Below, in pieces: positions 11,213-23,500 of a stretch of DNA of 64,000 bases. How positions within the stretch are numbered: position 1 is the stretch's first letter; every line of letters begins with the position of its first letter. The translations under genes were made by a program, and so were the position numbers. Under the pieces are notes generated by a model. It did not search any database. It was not told the origin of the DNA and saw only the letters and a program-made list of their open reading frames with translations. The DNA lies in NCBI GenBank assembly GCA_965287045.1, contig OZ336875.1, forward strand, positions 74,772,001 through 74,836,000, given 5' to 3'. This DNA comes from Carcharhinus amblyrhynchos (taxonomy: Eukaryota).

Positions 11213-12849
11213 TTGGGTCAGACAGATGTAATTTTGTTTAAAAAGTAGCTCTCAGTATGTTATGTTTTTGTGGACTTTTAAAAAATTTGTGCCCCCAGTA
11301 CCTCAATGTTCTTTTAAAATTTCCATTGCTTAATCACTTCTGTCACAAACTTGCTCCACCCTTGCCAGATCTCTGTTCCCTCTGACGTGACCTCTCATAA
11401 TCCTCTGGCTGTTTTACAACTTGGCCTCATGCTTTAGTATTCCCTCCCCTCAGGATGTCATTTTATAACTAACCTTTTTGATTTAAGCTCTTGGTCAAGT
11501 GTTAACATTTGAGAATTGTAGTCCTTGGACAATTCTCAATGCTTTAGTGATTAAAATGTCAAGTCTTTCAAAGAAACTGTGGGCTAATAGTAAAACAGCA
11601 AACGCTGTGTATTTAAAAAAACAAAATGCCAGCTGGTCTGGTAGCATCTGTGGGGGAGGGGTGTTTGTAATCTTCTGTTGTGAAGAGGGGGGAGAGAAAG
11701 AGACAAGTTGACATTTCGAGCAGAACTGCTGAGTTTTTCAATATTGTTATCACATTTCCAGCATCGGCAGTATTTTGCTTTTCTACATAGTAGGCACTAG
11801 TTAGTGATCATCTTAGTCCCATAATACTATTATGGGGCTAAGGTTAACAGCTATTTTTCCTCCAATTTTTAAAGTATGCATTTTGTATTGTCCTTTGAAG
11901 TTTGACAATTTGTTCTTGATTGTTAGCCCTCAGAAGGAAAAGGTACACTATTTAATTATAATGCTATTTTTGTAGTGAGTGCATGTAGAGTTCATTTCCT
12001 AATGGTCTCCATGCTTACAACTTCAAACATGACCTGATGCATCTTGAACCTATTCGCTAACTTGCACATGAGGTTAAATTCTTCAAACAAAGTGTGAATC
12101 CCTCAGATGCTCAGAATATTTAAAGCATGCTTAACTATTCCCTCGATCAGCTATGGTAATTACATATCAATGCAGTGGATGCATTGAGAGCACTGGACAC
12201 GACTGAACCACATTATGTTTACCTAAGGTATTGTGTCTTCAGTGCTGGAGGAAGAAAATAATTGCCTCAACATGACCTTTGCATTCCCTCTGTTCTAAAG
12301 TACTTTACAATGAAGGAATTTTTGAAGAACTGAAATAACAATTATAGGAAATTTTGAGAAATGGAAAATGCTGAAAATATTTTCCAGGTCTGGCAATATC
12401 ACTCTGTAGAGTGAATTAAAGTTTATTACTTCACAGATGTTACCAGACCTGTTTGTTTGCAGCATTATGTTGTTTTAAAGTGTAGATGCTAGAAAATAGC
12501 CAGTTTTTGCACAGCAGGGTCCACTATGTGAAACTTAAATGTTGGCTGTGATGCCAGGCAAACTTGCCTGCTAGTGTCATGGTTCCTTTCCATAGGGACT
12601 ATGAAGACAAACATGTTGTCGATAGTACAGCAGAGATTAGCATAGCTTGTGTTCCAGTCTCTGGAGTGTGTGAATTAAATCTGGTATTGCTTCATTCACT
12701 TTCATCCTCACACCTCACAATTGTCTTCATCTTCTCTAGAGGCTTAAGTTCATGACTCATCATTAATAACTATAAATTGGACTTTTCATTTAAACTGAGC
12801 AGTTTCCTTGTCTTCTGTGCCAGCCAGTCTAATGTGTTTTTCTTGGTAG

Positions 12850-12893
12850 TTTCAAAACAAAGCAAGACTGAAGCCATTCCATCCCCACCTAAG
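12850..12893 (+). CDS. CAPRIN2: CAPRIN2 exon (44 nt): VSKQSKTEAIPSPPK
   Basis: tttttcttggtag| acceptor, AAG|gtaaga donor; the only candidate I found that supplies the required phase 1 to 0 bridge between 10407 and 17325; weak homology. Confidence 0.7.
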
Positions 12894-15800
12894 GTAAGAA
12901 CTAACTTTTTACACTTGGCTGACTTTGGAACTGTGGATGCTGAATGTTGTGGTGCTCCTCTGCCCTGCATTGGGAATTAGAATGCCAGTTTCCAAATGCT
13001 GTCTAGTGACAGCTGGAGGACATTTGAAGTTGAGTATTTCATGTTAAACTTGGCAATTTAACTGCCACCATGAGTTCTTGTACAGCCTGTAAGCATATAG
13101 CTAACAGGTGCACCACTCAACTGAAGCTGATAGTGCCATGACTGTTTATCGTACAGATGTTCCTTTTGTACGTTGAGAGCAGCTATTGTAATGGCTTATT
13201 TGAATAAAGTGGAAAAATTGTACAAACTCTTGCTAGAGATGGTTGGCTTATGAGATGAGATTTGACTTCGAGTGCTGCTGTGCTAATGGGGGCCTTGTCA
13301 CCTTGGAGCTTGTTTGCTATTGCAGACAGTTATGGCCCATCAGCGTGCAGTCAATTCTAGTGCCACTTCCCTATTGGTTGTAACAATTTAAAAGACTACC
13401 TTATCCACAAAACTGACAACTTTTTTAAATACTGGGAGCAACATTATCAAAGATTCTAACCAGGCTTCTTTTGGTGAACATGAAAAAATGGTATACAAAA
13501 TCTTTTATGCAAGTTGTGCAGTGATTTTTTTTTTCCCCTGGGGTGGGTGGATGGGGTAAATGTTCAAACCCCATCCACTCTCTCATTAAACACAGGCTCA
13601 CTGCAGAGGGTAGAGTATGGGAACATTTCTTATTAAAGGATAAAATTTGAGGATCTCAACATTGACTTGACAGGATTCTGATCACATTAGATCTAAGTTT
13701 TTTCAAACAGATTTTCAGTAAAACTCCTTGACTCTTAACACAATTTAGTGATTAAAGTTGCCATGTGCAGTACGAGGTGTGGCAGCAAGAGAAGAGTATG
13801 GTTTTCCTGCTTCTAAGGTGTGTACAGTTTCAAAGAATCCACAAGAATCTTGAGCCTGGCAGCACTTGGATATGCAATGTATCTCCTGCATCTCCAGGCG
13901 TCCCCTGCTGGATAGCTGTCTGACTCATAGTTTCTTGAGACCAATTTAGAATACATTTTTTTAAAGTAAGAAACTGTAGAAATGATCCCTAAAAGTATAA
14001 TCTGATGGCATATTTGTTGCACTATTAATCTGGCAGATGTTTGGAAGGAGAACAACCACCGTCCACAAATTCGGTGTCCTTTGGGATCCAAACAATGCCT
14101 TTTCCAGTAACTGATTCCTTCTGATCATTTCTTCCCTTCAGTGTAACTCAAAAGAATGTTAGACTGAAGAGCAACTCTCCCCAATAAAGTTAAAAGTGCT
14201 TTTAATATGGGAAAACAACCTTGACTCTGGTTCTCTTGTAAAAGGCTGAGGTTACTGTTTATTGGCAGTGCGCTGCCAATATGTGATACAATAACAATGC
14301 AGTGCATTTCAGTTGTCTAATTTTAGATCCATTTTGATGTAAATATCACATCTCCTTGTTACCTAGTTTAGTATCTTTTGAAATGGTGCTGTTCAATTAT
14401 TTCCTGTCAATTTGAGCTACCCATTAAATTTCTTTTCCCATAATTCTTTTTGAGAAAACATTTATGGAAATCCTTGTAGATTTTGCTACTGCCACTTCTT
14501 TCAGGGGTATAATTTTTTTCCCCTTGATTCCCCAACCACAGGAAAGTATCCCAATTTATTTTATTTTGATCAAAATGGCTCGTTGTTTCAACAATTATGC
14601 TCAAATTTCCCATTGCTTTTTTCCTATTTGGAGCATCATTAGCAATATCAAGGAAATGACTCCAGAGCCTTCCTAATGACACTCCAATGGAGAGCCACCA
14701 TACTTGCAACATAGCTGACATGACTCAACTGTGTTGCAAATGAACCTCCAATTCTTGCAGTATTGCTTGGGCTGTGTAAAGTTGTCACTGGACTAGCGCA
14801 GGAATATCACTTTAATGGATAATGGAGAACCTGTTGTACTTATTTTGCACTGCCACTCTAAACTCCTCTACTCTCTCAGCCTGCTTCAGAATTGAGTGCC
14901 CTTTCCAATATTGGGGCCAGTTCTGGTTCGGATGACCAGTCTTCACTATCTGGTTCCACATCTGATCTTTCGGGGCAAACACCACAGGTGAGATTTTATA
15001 ATTGACTTCCCTGTCTATCTCATTTATGAATTTATAAGTGTAGATATGGACTCTGGTTATGACATGACTTGTTCTATCCACAATCTGAACACAGTTGTTG
15101 CCATTTGTCTGTTTGCAAATAGACAAACATTAGGGACATGATACAACCACCTTGTGATCTGGACTGGAATTTTTATCAACTTCTCTCCAAAGATGGATCA
15201 AGTTAACACTTAGTTAAAGCTTTATGCAATCAGTTGATAAATAGACTTCATTTCACAAAAAAATTAACTAAGTATAGTGTTATGAAATTGATTCTTTGAA
15301 CCATCAACATTTCCTGAGTCAAAAGTTTTTAGAACTGTTTATGAAGTACCAGAGTACCCTCCCTATTTTTCTTTCAGCCAATTATTAAAGAATTCTCTTT
15401 TTATAAAAAAAATTTCACTACCTGAATAGACTAGCTGTACCAAGTGCTCTACTGAGTGGTATAAGAGTGCAAACACATTTATCTTTGTGCATTAACATTT
15501 TATCTGTACCTTGAGGTAAAAAGTTGGTGCTTCAAAAAAATTTTTCTTGGGTGTTTTTTTTTTAAAAAAAGCTTTATTAATCTTTTGTTCTGACCTACAT
15601 ATTGGAACCACAAGAAGTCCTGCCTCCCATCAATGAGTTCCATGTTTGTTACCTTTTATTTCGCTCTGTAGTAGGAAGGCTATGCTTCTCCATGTGGCAC
15701 ATCTTTTTAGTGAGCTGGGGAATAGGAATGAGATGGAGGGAAGACATTTGGCCAATCCGACCTAGTAATACTTGTGCCCTTCCCCTGCAGATTCCTAGCT

Positions 15801-16499
15801 GTGCTCAATATACCATAGCTTTATAAATTTTAGTGATTGTCATAATGAAATGACTCCTCTGCTTGTCTTGTAACATTTTAATCTATTTTTACTTTATTTA
15901 ATGCATCTGAATGTTAGTGGACCTTTTTTCTTATAGGAACATTTTAATTTTTAACTGAGCATTACTGGGAGAGTGGGAAGCAAAAGGTTTAAGGAGAATT
16001 TGGTGTAAACACCATGTCTATTGAAGAAAATAAATCTTAATCACTGCTAGTTCTTCAACCTTTGTTCAGTCAAGGCATTGTATCTTGGAGGGGGAGCAAC
16101 ATTTCTAAAAATGGTTTGATTTTTCCCTATTGGTACTGGATAGTAAACATTGCACTTGAGTATTACAAATGTGGCTGTACTAGTAATTTGCACAGATGTT
16201 TTGTGCAGGATACATGTTGCTCACATCTGATGCCATAGAATAATTCCTGATTTGTTTTTCTTCCTGTAAACCAAATCATTTTTGCATATTAAACTTGGTA
16301 AAGAGCTAGTAATGTCACTGACTGTGATCCTTAAAGAAGGAGGAAATATGCACAGTTTGCCTTTATGATAAATCCTTAAGGTTGAGATAGATGGTTGACT
16401 TTGCATTTCCACCTCTCCAAGATAGCAAGCTCATGGAATGCCAAAAGTCTAATTCAAGATTTGATCAAGCAACTACACCTAGTGATATAACAATTGTTA

Positions 16500-17260
16500 T
16501 GGGGCCGAAGGGAGGCTGTTTGGCCCATCACATCTGCATCAATTACCCAAATGAATATCGTAACTTAGTGCTGTTGCTATTCAAATCATCTACCCTCTTG
16601 AATGCCTCAATTGAACCTGCTTCCCACATGTCAGGCAGTGCATTCCAGTCCTTAACTACTTGGTATGGAGAAAGTACCAGACCTGAACCACATGCTGTAT
16701 GGAAAAAGTACTTGCATCACATTTGCTGCTTTTGCACATCACTTGGTCTGTCTCCTCGTGTTCTCTATATTCTTTTACAAATGGGAACAGATTCTCCCTA
16801 TCTACTGTTCAGCCCTCCATGAATTTGGACATCTATCAAATCTCCTCTTGGCCACAGCTCCAAGGAGAACAGCCCAGTTGCAACCCCCTCCAATCTAGTT
16901 TATAACTTTCTTGTAACCACTTCTGCACTCCAATGTATTCTCATTCTTCTAATAGCATGGCACCCAGAGCTGTACACAATAGTACATGCCTGGTCTAACT
17001 GGTCTTGTTATAAACTCAGCATAATCTCCTTCCTCTTGTATTCAGGATTTTATTAGGGCATGAAGTACTATATACGTCATAAAGCATATGGGGCTGCTGC
17101 TTCTGCCTGTCCTGCAAAAATCTATGTACATATACACTCGGGTCCCTCTGCTCCTGCACCCCTTATTTTTGTCCATGTTGTTCCTAATAAAAGAACTTAT
17201 CTCCACATTTGAGCTTCATCTGCTACCTACCTGTCTATTCCCATCAACCTATCTGTCCTT
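16500..17260 (-). mobile_element. Old CR1 LINE 3' fragment; boundaries approximate
   Basis: ggcagtgcattccag, gcacccagagctgtacacaatag (minus: YCVQLW) and gaggctgtttggcccatc tail region. Confidence 0.6.
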
Positions 17261-17324
17261 TGATAATGAAGGAAGACTAGTAATTTAAAATGGCTGGGCT
17301 TGACTCTTGACTTTATATCCTTAG

Positions 17325-17438
17325 AATTCGGCTGCACGCAATTCAGAAAGTGAAGCATACATTCCACCACCACAGATGTACCAAGTGAGCACACCCATCA
17401 GTGAATCTTTAACACAAAAGTCCTTGGAGACAAATCAG
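17325..17438 (+). CDS. CAPRIN2: CAPRIN2 exon (114 nt): NSAARNSESEAYIPPPQMYQVSTPISESLTQKSLETNQ
   Basis: atccttag| acceptor, CAG|gtgagt donor, phase 0/0; resembles recalled Caprin-1 SEGYTASQPLYQ...QKEPIDQIQ. Confidence 0.82.
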
Positions 17439-18269
17439 GTGAGTGCTTTTGTGGTTTGACTACCTGAAATATAAAGCCTCTAATCAGATGTGTCTCAAAC
17501 CTTGTGTTTTGTTGAGTAATTCTGCAAGTGCTGCACAGTGCAATCCAGCATCTCGTTCTAATTTGTGTGGGGAAAGGTTTTTAAATTAATTGTTAACCTA
17601 TTATTTAGATGGGGGGGTGGAGGTGGTCAATGAGTGGGTGGGAAACTAATATTTGTAGAAAATGCCCCCCATAACTTCTAATTGTATGCAAATCACAAAT
17701 AGTTTGGAGCTGAATATTAGAGAGGAGTTAACATGGGTTTCTGCCTCTATTATGTAATGGGAACAGTGAATGGAGTTGGTGTCTTGTGCACATTACACTT
17801 GACTGACAGGTTACAATTGTTTGCTGATTTCAATCAAGCTCTTAGTTCTTGTTTTTAATACTAAGGGATTTGTAGTTTTCACGGATTAGTAAGAATATGT
17901 ATAAATATCTTCAGCACAAGATGGCATCCAGTGTATTTCCACAAGCATTGGTAAACCAGGTAGAACTACTTTTTATGTTGGCATGTGAACCTGAATGTCA
18001 TATGGATAAGTGCATTAAGCTGGATCACCTCACTGCAATAACTAGCTTGGCTGTGTTGGATCCCTCCCAATTCTTGCAAATCTGATTTTCATCTTCACTG
18101 TCTTTTATATGAAGTCAGTTTATACCCTTTGGCAGGAAAAGGATGGCCTTCTGAAGTGTGGTATTATTGGTGCCCTTCTGGATTGAGTAAATGGCAGAGA
18201 AATGCCTTCTATGCCCTGAACTTTAGAAGACTTGAGTCGCACAAAAATGACAGCTCCAATTAGGGAGTA

Positions 18270-19600
18270 TTTTGTGTTGATAAAGAGCCATGCTGTTGAA
18301 GTATTTTGCCTGTACTCAGTAGGACAGTTTGCAAGATTGCCAACAGTAAAAGGAACAAATCATTTTGTGTAGAGTGCTAGTTGTTTGGCAGGTGGATGCT
18401 GGCAGAGGTGTTGCCATGGAGAATGCAGCATTAACTACTAAGCTTTGTCAAATTCAGACCAATCAGGTTGACTCTGGTCTGTGCATTGTCATGAAGAATG
18501 AACCAGGGAATGGTTGTTCCCTATAGTTAAAGGCACAAATTGTGGACATCCTTTCCTGTTTACCAAGGACAGGCTGTGTGAATGACTTCTAGCATGCCAA
18601 ATGAGCCATACCGATTGACTAATTTTTTAGTGTAATTCCAAGCAGTCAGGATTGTTAACAAATGTTATTCAATCACATCTTTTTTTTTGACACTTGTTTC
18701 AAGTTTTTTATAGGCACAGGCTAGTTGGGTATAGGCTGTTCTTCCTGTTGTAAACAGCTGAAAGGACATGCAGTTTGATCTGATCCACCAGTCGTTGGGA
18801 TGTACGTACCACGTTCCTGGCATCAGACTAAAACTGAATTATAGACCACCTTACTTGTGTGATAGAATGTCTTTCTGGCTTGACGGCAGCATCTCATTAC
18901 TGGAGGATACAACTCGTGTTGCTACTGTATGGGACAATTAACTTCACCTGTTACGTTTTTGAGATACCTTGCCCTTCCACCGTATTCTTGATGTCAACTG
19001 GGCACTTTCCAAGTCTGAAAGTGGCAGCCTTAGGACAATTAATGCATGCAAAACAGTGATCTGATCATGGTGGCCATTATCCTGTGGGATGGTTTTGTGC
19101 TCCCTCGTTCAGCATCAAGCTTGTCTGGAGAGCAAACGGCTCAGGTCCTATTTATGAAGTTGCTATTGAGGCCAATCTTGTAACATGTGGAACTGCAGGA
19201 ATCCCAACATGTATATTAACTGGTGAAGGGAAGCTTGTGGTATAGAGTACTAAAGAGCGCTAGCAGAGTTTTCAGCAGATGCATTGAGGAAATGGTGCTC
19301 CTGCTTTTCAGTGGTTAAATTTGAGTGCAGGGTGGAGCCCTTTAAGGCACAGCATGCAGCTGCAAATCCAAATGTAGCAAGCCATTGGAAAATTGCAAAG
19401 GATAGGAGGTTAGCCACCATTCAATTGGAGATGCATTCTCCATGGCAACATCTCTAGCCTGTCAATCAACAGTCTCCCCTCATGCAGTCTAAATTGTTAC
19501 CTTTACTGTTGGTAATCTTGTGATTTGTTCCTGAGTGTGCAAGATGAAGCTTGAACTGCATTTCTTTCCAGAAAGGTTCATGCTACTGGACTACCTGTGA
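18270..19600 (-). mobile_element. Penelope-like element, family 2 (RT C-terminus + GIY-YIG on minus strand) with an inverted terminal repeat copy at ~19430-19600
   Basis: Minus strand gives degenerate ...WDSCSSTCYKIGL..NFINR..AVCSPDKLDAE and MLPSSQKDIL...VVY...DARNVVRTSQRL (GIY-YIG-like); gttgccatggagaatgca (~18410) is the reverse complement of tgcattctccatggcaac (~19432). Confidence 0.7.
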
Positions 19601-19640
19601 CTGGGAGGTTTCATGCTCAGATTCTATGCTTGGTTATGCT

Positions 19641-21245
19641 CAGTAAGAAGTCTCAACATCAGCTTAAAGTCCAGCAGGTTTATTTGGTAGCACAAGCCCC
19701 TAGCTTTTGAAGCACTGCCCCTTCATCAGGTAGTGGGAGTTCCATCCACAAACAGGGCATATAAGACAAACTCAAAATAATGGGTGGGATGCATGTCTTT
19801 ACAGGTAATCAAGTCTTAAAGGTACAGACAATGTGAGTGGAGAGAGGCTTAAACACAACTTAGAAGTGTTGTTTGCAGCCAGGAGATTTTGCAAGTTGCA
19901 GGGGTTACAGATAATGTAACATGAACTCAGGATCCCAGTTGAGGCCATCGTTGTTTGCAGAACTTGGCTATTCTCTGCTCAGCAACTCTGAGTTGTCATG
20001 TGTCGTGAAGGCTGCTTTGGAGAACTGTTTCCCAAAGATCAGAGGCTGAATGCCCATGACTGCTAAACTGTTCCCCCAACAGGAAGAATACACTCTTGCC
20101 TGGTGATTGAGCAGTGTTCATTCATCCATGGTCAGTGTCTGCATGTATCCCCAATCTACCATGCCTCAGGACATCCTTTTCCTGCAGTGTATCAGTAGAC
20201 AGCATTGGTCGAGTTGCAAGTGTATGTACTGTGTACCTGGTGGATAGTGTTTTCGCATAAGATGATGGCATCTGTCGATGATCTGTACTACTTGCAGAGG
20301 TTGCTGTGGCAGGGTTGTGTGGTGTCGTGGTCACTTCTCCTGAAGGCAGGATAGTTTGCTGTGGACAATGGTCTGTTTTGAGGTTGTGCGGTTGTTTTGA
20401 AGGCAAGAAGTGGGGGTGGCCTTGGCATGATGTTTGTCATCAATGACATGTTAAAGTCCAGCAAAGACGTCATAGCTTCTCCGCTCTGGGGAAGTACTGG
20501 ACGACGAAGGGTATTCTGTTTGCTGTATCCTGTGTTTGTCATAGGTCAGTGTGATTTTTCACTGGCGTGTCAGAACTGTCGATTTGCCATATCCTGCTCT
20601 TGAGGGCATCTTCTAGCATCTGGAGGCGTCTCTTGTGATCATCTGAGTAGATCCTAAGGCTTGTCCATAGGGGATGGCTTCTTTAACGTGTTTAGGTTGG
20701 AAGCTGGAGAAGTGGAACATGAGGATGTTATCCATGGGCTTGTGATATGGGGGGGTGCTGAGGTGACTGTCCTTGATGGAGATATGTGACCAAGAATGCA
20801 ACCGATTCTGGAGAATAGTCCATGGTAGTCTGGGATGGAACTTGTCATCATATAGTTGTTTGTGATTTGTTCACTGAGTCCAAAGGAAGAAAATGTCATT
20901 GTATCTAGTGTGTAGCATATGTTGAAGGTCCTATGTGGTGAAGAGGTCTTGTTCAAACCTATGCATGAACATGTTAGTATATTGAGATGCAAATTTGTTG
21001 CCTATGGCTACTCTGTCTGGATGCAAACACAACAGGCCATCCCATCGTATCAGGCAATGGGACCCTGTGCAAAAGCCTCTCCGGCTATGTCAAGGACATA
21101 AACCTATTGTACAAGAACCTCCAGCTTTTGTTGCAACACTACAGACTTCCTACAGAAGCTCAGCACGCATGGAGCAGTTGAACCAGGAGCACTCAACGAT
21201 ACAATGGATGTCTCAACATTACATCAGCATCACCCACAAAGATGG
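19641..21245 (-). mobile_element. Penelope-like element, family 1, left arm of palindrome
   Basis: Reverse complement of 21246-22789 along its length; RT-region AMG.KFA.QY.N.FM and HISIKDSHLST motifs on the minus strand. Confidence 0.85.
19696..19737 (-). ncRNA. Degenerate hammerhead ribozyme motif, left-arm copy
   Basis: Minus strand cccactacCTGATGAaggggcagtgcttcAAAAGCTAgggg; same architecture, GAAA also lost. Confidence 0.55.
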
Positions 21246-22825
21246 CAGTTTCAAGACATCCATTGTCACTAAAGCTGGGGGTTCTTTGACAACGTCAAGG
21301 GCATTCTGTATTGTACAGAGGTTCTCGCACAGGGTCTCATTGCCCAAATGATGGGATGGCTGGGTGTGTTTGCATTCAGACACGAACAGCCATGGGGACC
21401 AAATTCACAGTTCCAATATGCCAGCATCTTTCGTAAGTTTGAACAAGATCTCTTCAACACATAGGACCTTCAACCAATGCTATACATTAGATACATCAAT
21501 GACATTTTCTTCTTTGTTGTCATATGTTGACCACTGAAACAACTATGACAACAAGTTCCACCCCACTATCAGACTCACCATGGACTACTCTATGGAATGC
21601 ATTCTTGGACACATCTCCATCAAGGACTGTCACCTCAGCACTTCACTGTGTCGCAAGCCCACGGATAACCTCACGATGCTCCATTTCTCCAGCTTCCCTA
21701 AACCTCTTTTAAAGAAGCCATCCCCTACAGATAAGCCCTCCTTTATACACAGGACCTGCTCAGATGAGGAGGATCACAACAGACACCTCCAGATGCTGAA
21801 AGATGCCCTGATAAGAACAGGATATGGCAGTTGACAGTTCCAATACGCCACAGTGAAAAACCACACTGACCTCAAGACAAACATGGGGCACAGCAAACAG
21901 AATACCCTTTGTCCAAAACTTCCCTGGAGTGGAGAAGTTACAACATCATCTTCAGAGCCTTCAACATTGATGCAGACAGACATCACGCAAGGCCATCCCT
22001 GCACCCCCACTTGCCTTCAAACAACCACACAACCTCAGGCCATTGTCTACAACAAACCACCCAGCCTTCAGGAGAACAGTGATCAAGACACCACACAACC
22101 CTGCCACAGCAGCTTCTGCAAGATTATCAACACCGATGCCATCTCATGAGAAAACCATCCACCAGGTACACAGTACATACACTTGCAACTCAGCCAACGC
22201 AGTCTACTTGATGCGCTACAGGAAAGGATGTCCAGAGGCATGGTACACTGGGGAGACCATGCAGATGCTACGGCAACAGATGAATGAACACCATTCAACA
22301 ATCGCCAGGCAAGAGTGTTTTCCTGTTGGAACACTTCAGCAGTCACAGATATTTGGTCTCTGATCTTTGGGTAAGCATTCTCCAAGGTGACCTTCACCAC
22401 ATGACAACACAGTCGCTGAGCACCAATTTGATAGCCAAGTTCTGCACAAATGAGGATGGCCTCAACCAGGATCTTGGGTTCATGTCACACTATCTGTAAC
22501 CCCCATGACTTGCCTGGACTTGCAAAATCTCTAACTGTCCTGACTGGAGACACTACACATCTCTTTAACCTGTGCTTAACCCTCTCTCCTCACATTGGCT
22601 GTACCTTTTTAAGACTTTACCTGTAAAGACTTGCATTCCATTATTTTGTAAATAGTTTGTCTTTATATGCCCTGTTTGTGAATTGAAATCCCACTCACCT
22701 GATGAAGGACGAGCACTCCAAAAGCTAGTGGTTTGTGCTATCAAATAAACCTGTTGGACTTTAACCTAGTGTTGTGAGACTTCTTACTGTGTTTACCCCA
22801 GTCCAACACTGGTATCTGCACATTA
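21246..22825 (+). mobile_element. Penelope-like element, family 1, right arm (RT C-terminal half, GIY-YIG endonuclease, terminal repeat, tail)
   Basis: TAMGTKF, HISIKDCHLSTSLCRKPTD, TCNSANAVYLMRYRKGCPEAWYTGETMQMLRQQMNEH (GIY-YIG), DGLNQD near the ORF end; frameshifted. Confidence 0.88.
22691..22731 (+). ncRNA. Degenerate minimal type I hammerhead ribozyme motif in Penelope terminal repeat
   Basis: cac-CTGATGA-a-gga...tcc-(A)AAA-GCTA-gtg: intact CUGAUGA box, stem I cac/gtg, stem II gga/tcc, palindromic AGCU helix III; GAAA is mutated to AAAA. Confidence 0.6.
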
Positions 22826-22874
22826 TGGTTATGCTCAAGCAGACTTGGATTGTTCAGTTTCTGTAGTATCAGTA

Positions 22875-23500
22875 TCATTGGCAAGACCATGTATTGCTCA
22901 TCCCTAATTCACCTTGAAGATGATGGTCTTGAACTGCATTAGTAAAGGTGTAGGTAAATCCTTGTTGCTGATGGAAAAGCATTTTTGATTCGACAAGTGA
23001 TGTAATTAAAAATCAGAATGATGTTGCAGGGAGACTTGGTCCCAAGCACTTTAACCATTCCTCTTCTAGATGGTGGAGGGTATGGGTTTGGAAGGTCCTG
23101 TCTGAGGAGCCTTGGTGAATTGCTGCAGTGCATCTTACAGATGGTGTATGCTGCAGTTACTGTCTCCACCTCCAACATAGTAACTGTTCAAGGTGATGGA
23201 TGTGGTGTTGATCAAGTGTGCTGCTTTGTTCTGGATAATGAGTTTGTTTCTGGATGATTGCAGCTCCAAATAGAATACTATCATCCTTGTCTTGTTAATG
23301 GTGGACAGGCTTTGAAAAGTTAGGTGGTGATAACCTCTGAAAAGTCCCAGCCACTGCACCTGTTCAGTTGCTCATCAGTGGTGAATGCCAAGATGTTGGT
23401 GGGAAATTGAGATGGTAAAGCATTTGAATTAGATTCTCATTCAAGATGGCCATTATCTGGTGCTTTATACAGTGTGACTGTTAATTCACTGGGAGCCTTG
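22875..23500 (-). mobile_element. LINE 3' fragment (CR1/L2-like family; also at 25060-25400 + and 33205-34000 -)
   Basis: Shared tail (gccagcatttattgcccatccctaattgccc-like); + copy at 25250 reads SKSWNSL; clade uncertain. Confidence 0.6.

Noticed and set aside
11927-11942. Possible 16-nt exon (ttgttag|...aag|gtacac)
   Set aside because: It would shift the frame; the 12850-12893 exon gives the required phase.
14142-14200. Strong-looking acceptor cttcccttcag
   Set aside because: Stop codons follow quickly in both relevant phases and there is no good donor.
19641-22825. Active autonomous Penelope element, or a DNA transposon with long TIRs
   Set aside because: RT and GIY-YIG frames are broken by many indels and stops, the N-terminus is missing, and the arms are retroelement coding sequence with no transposase.
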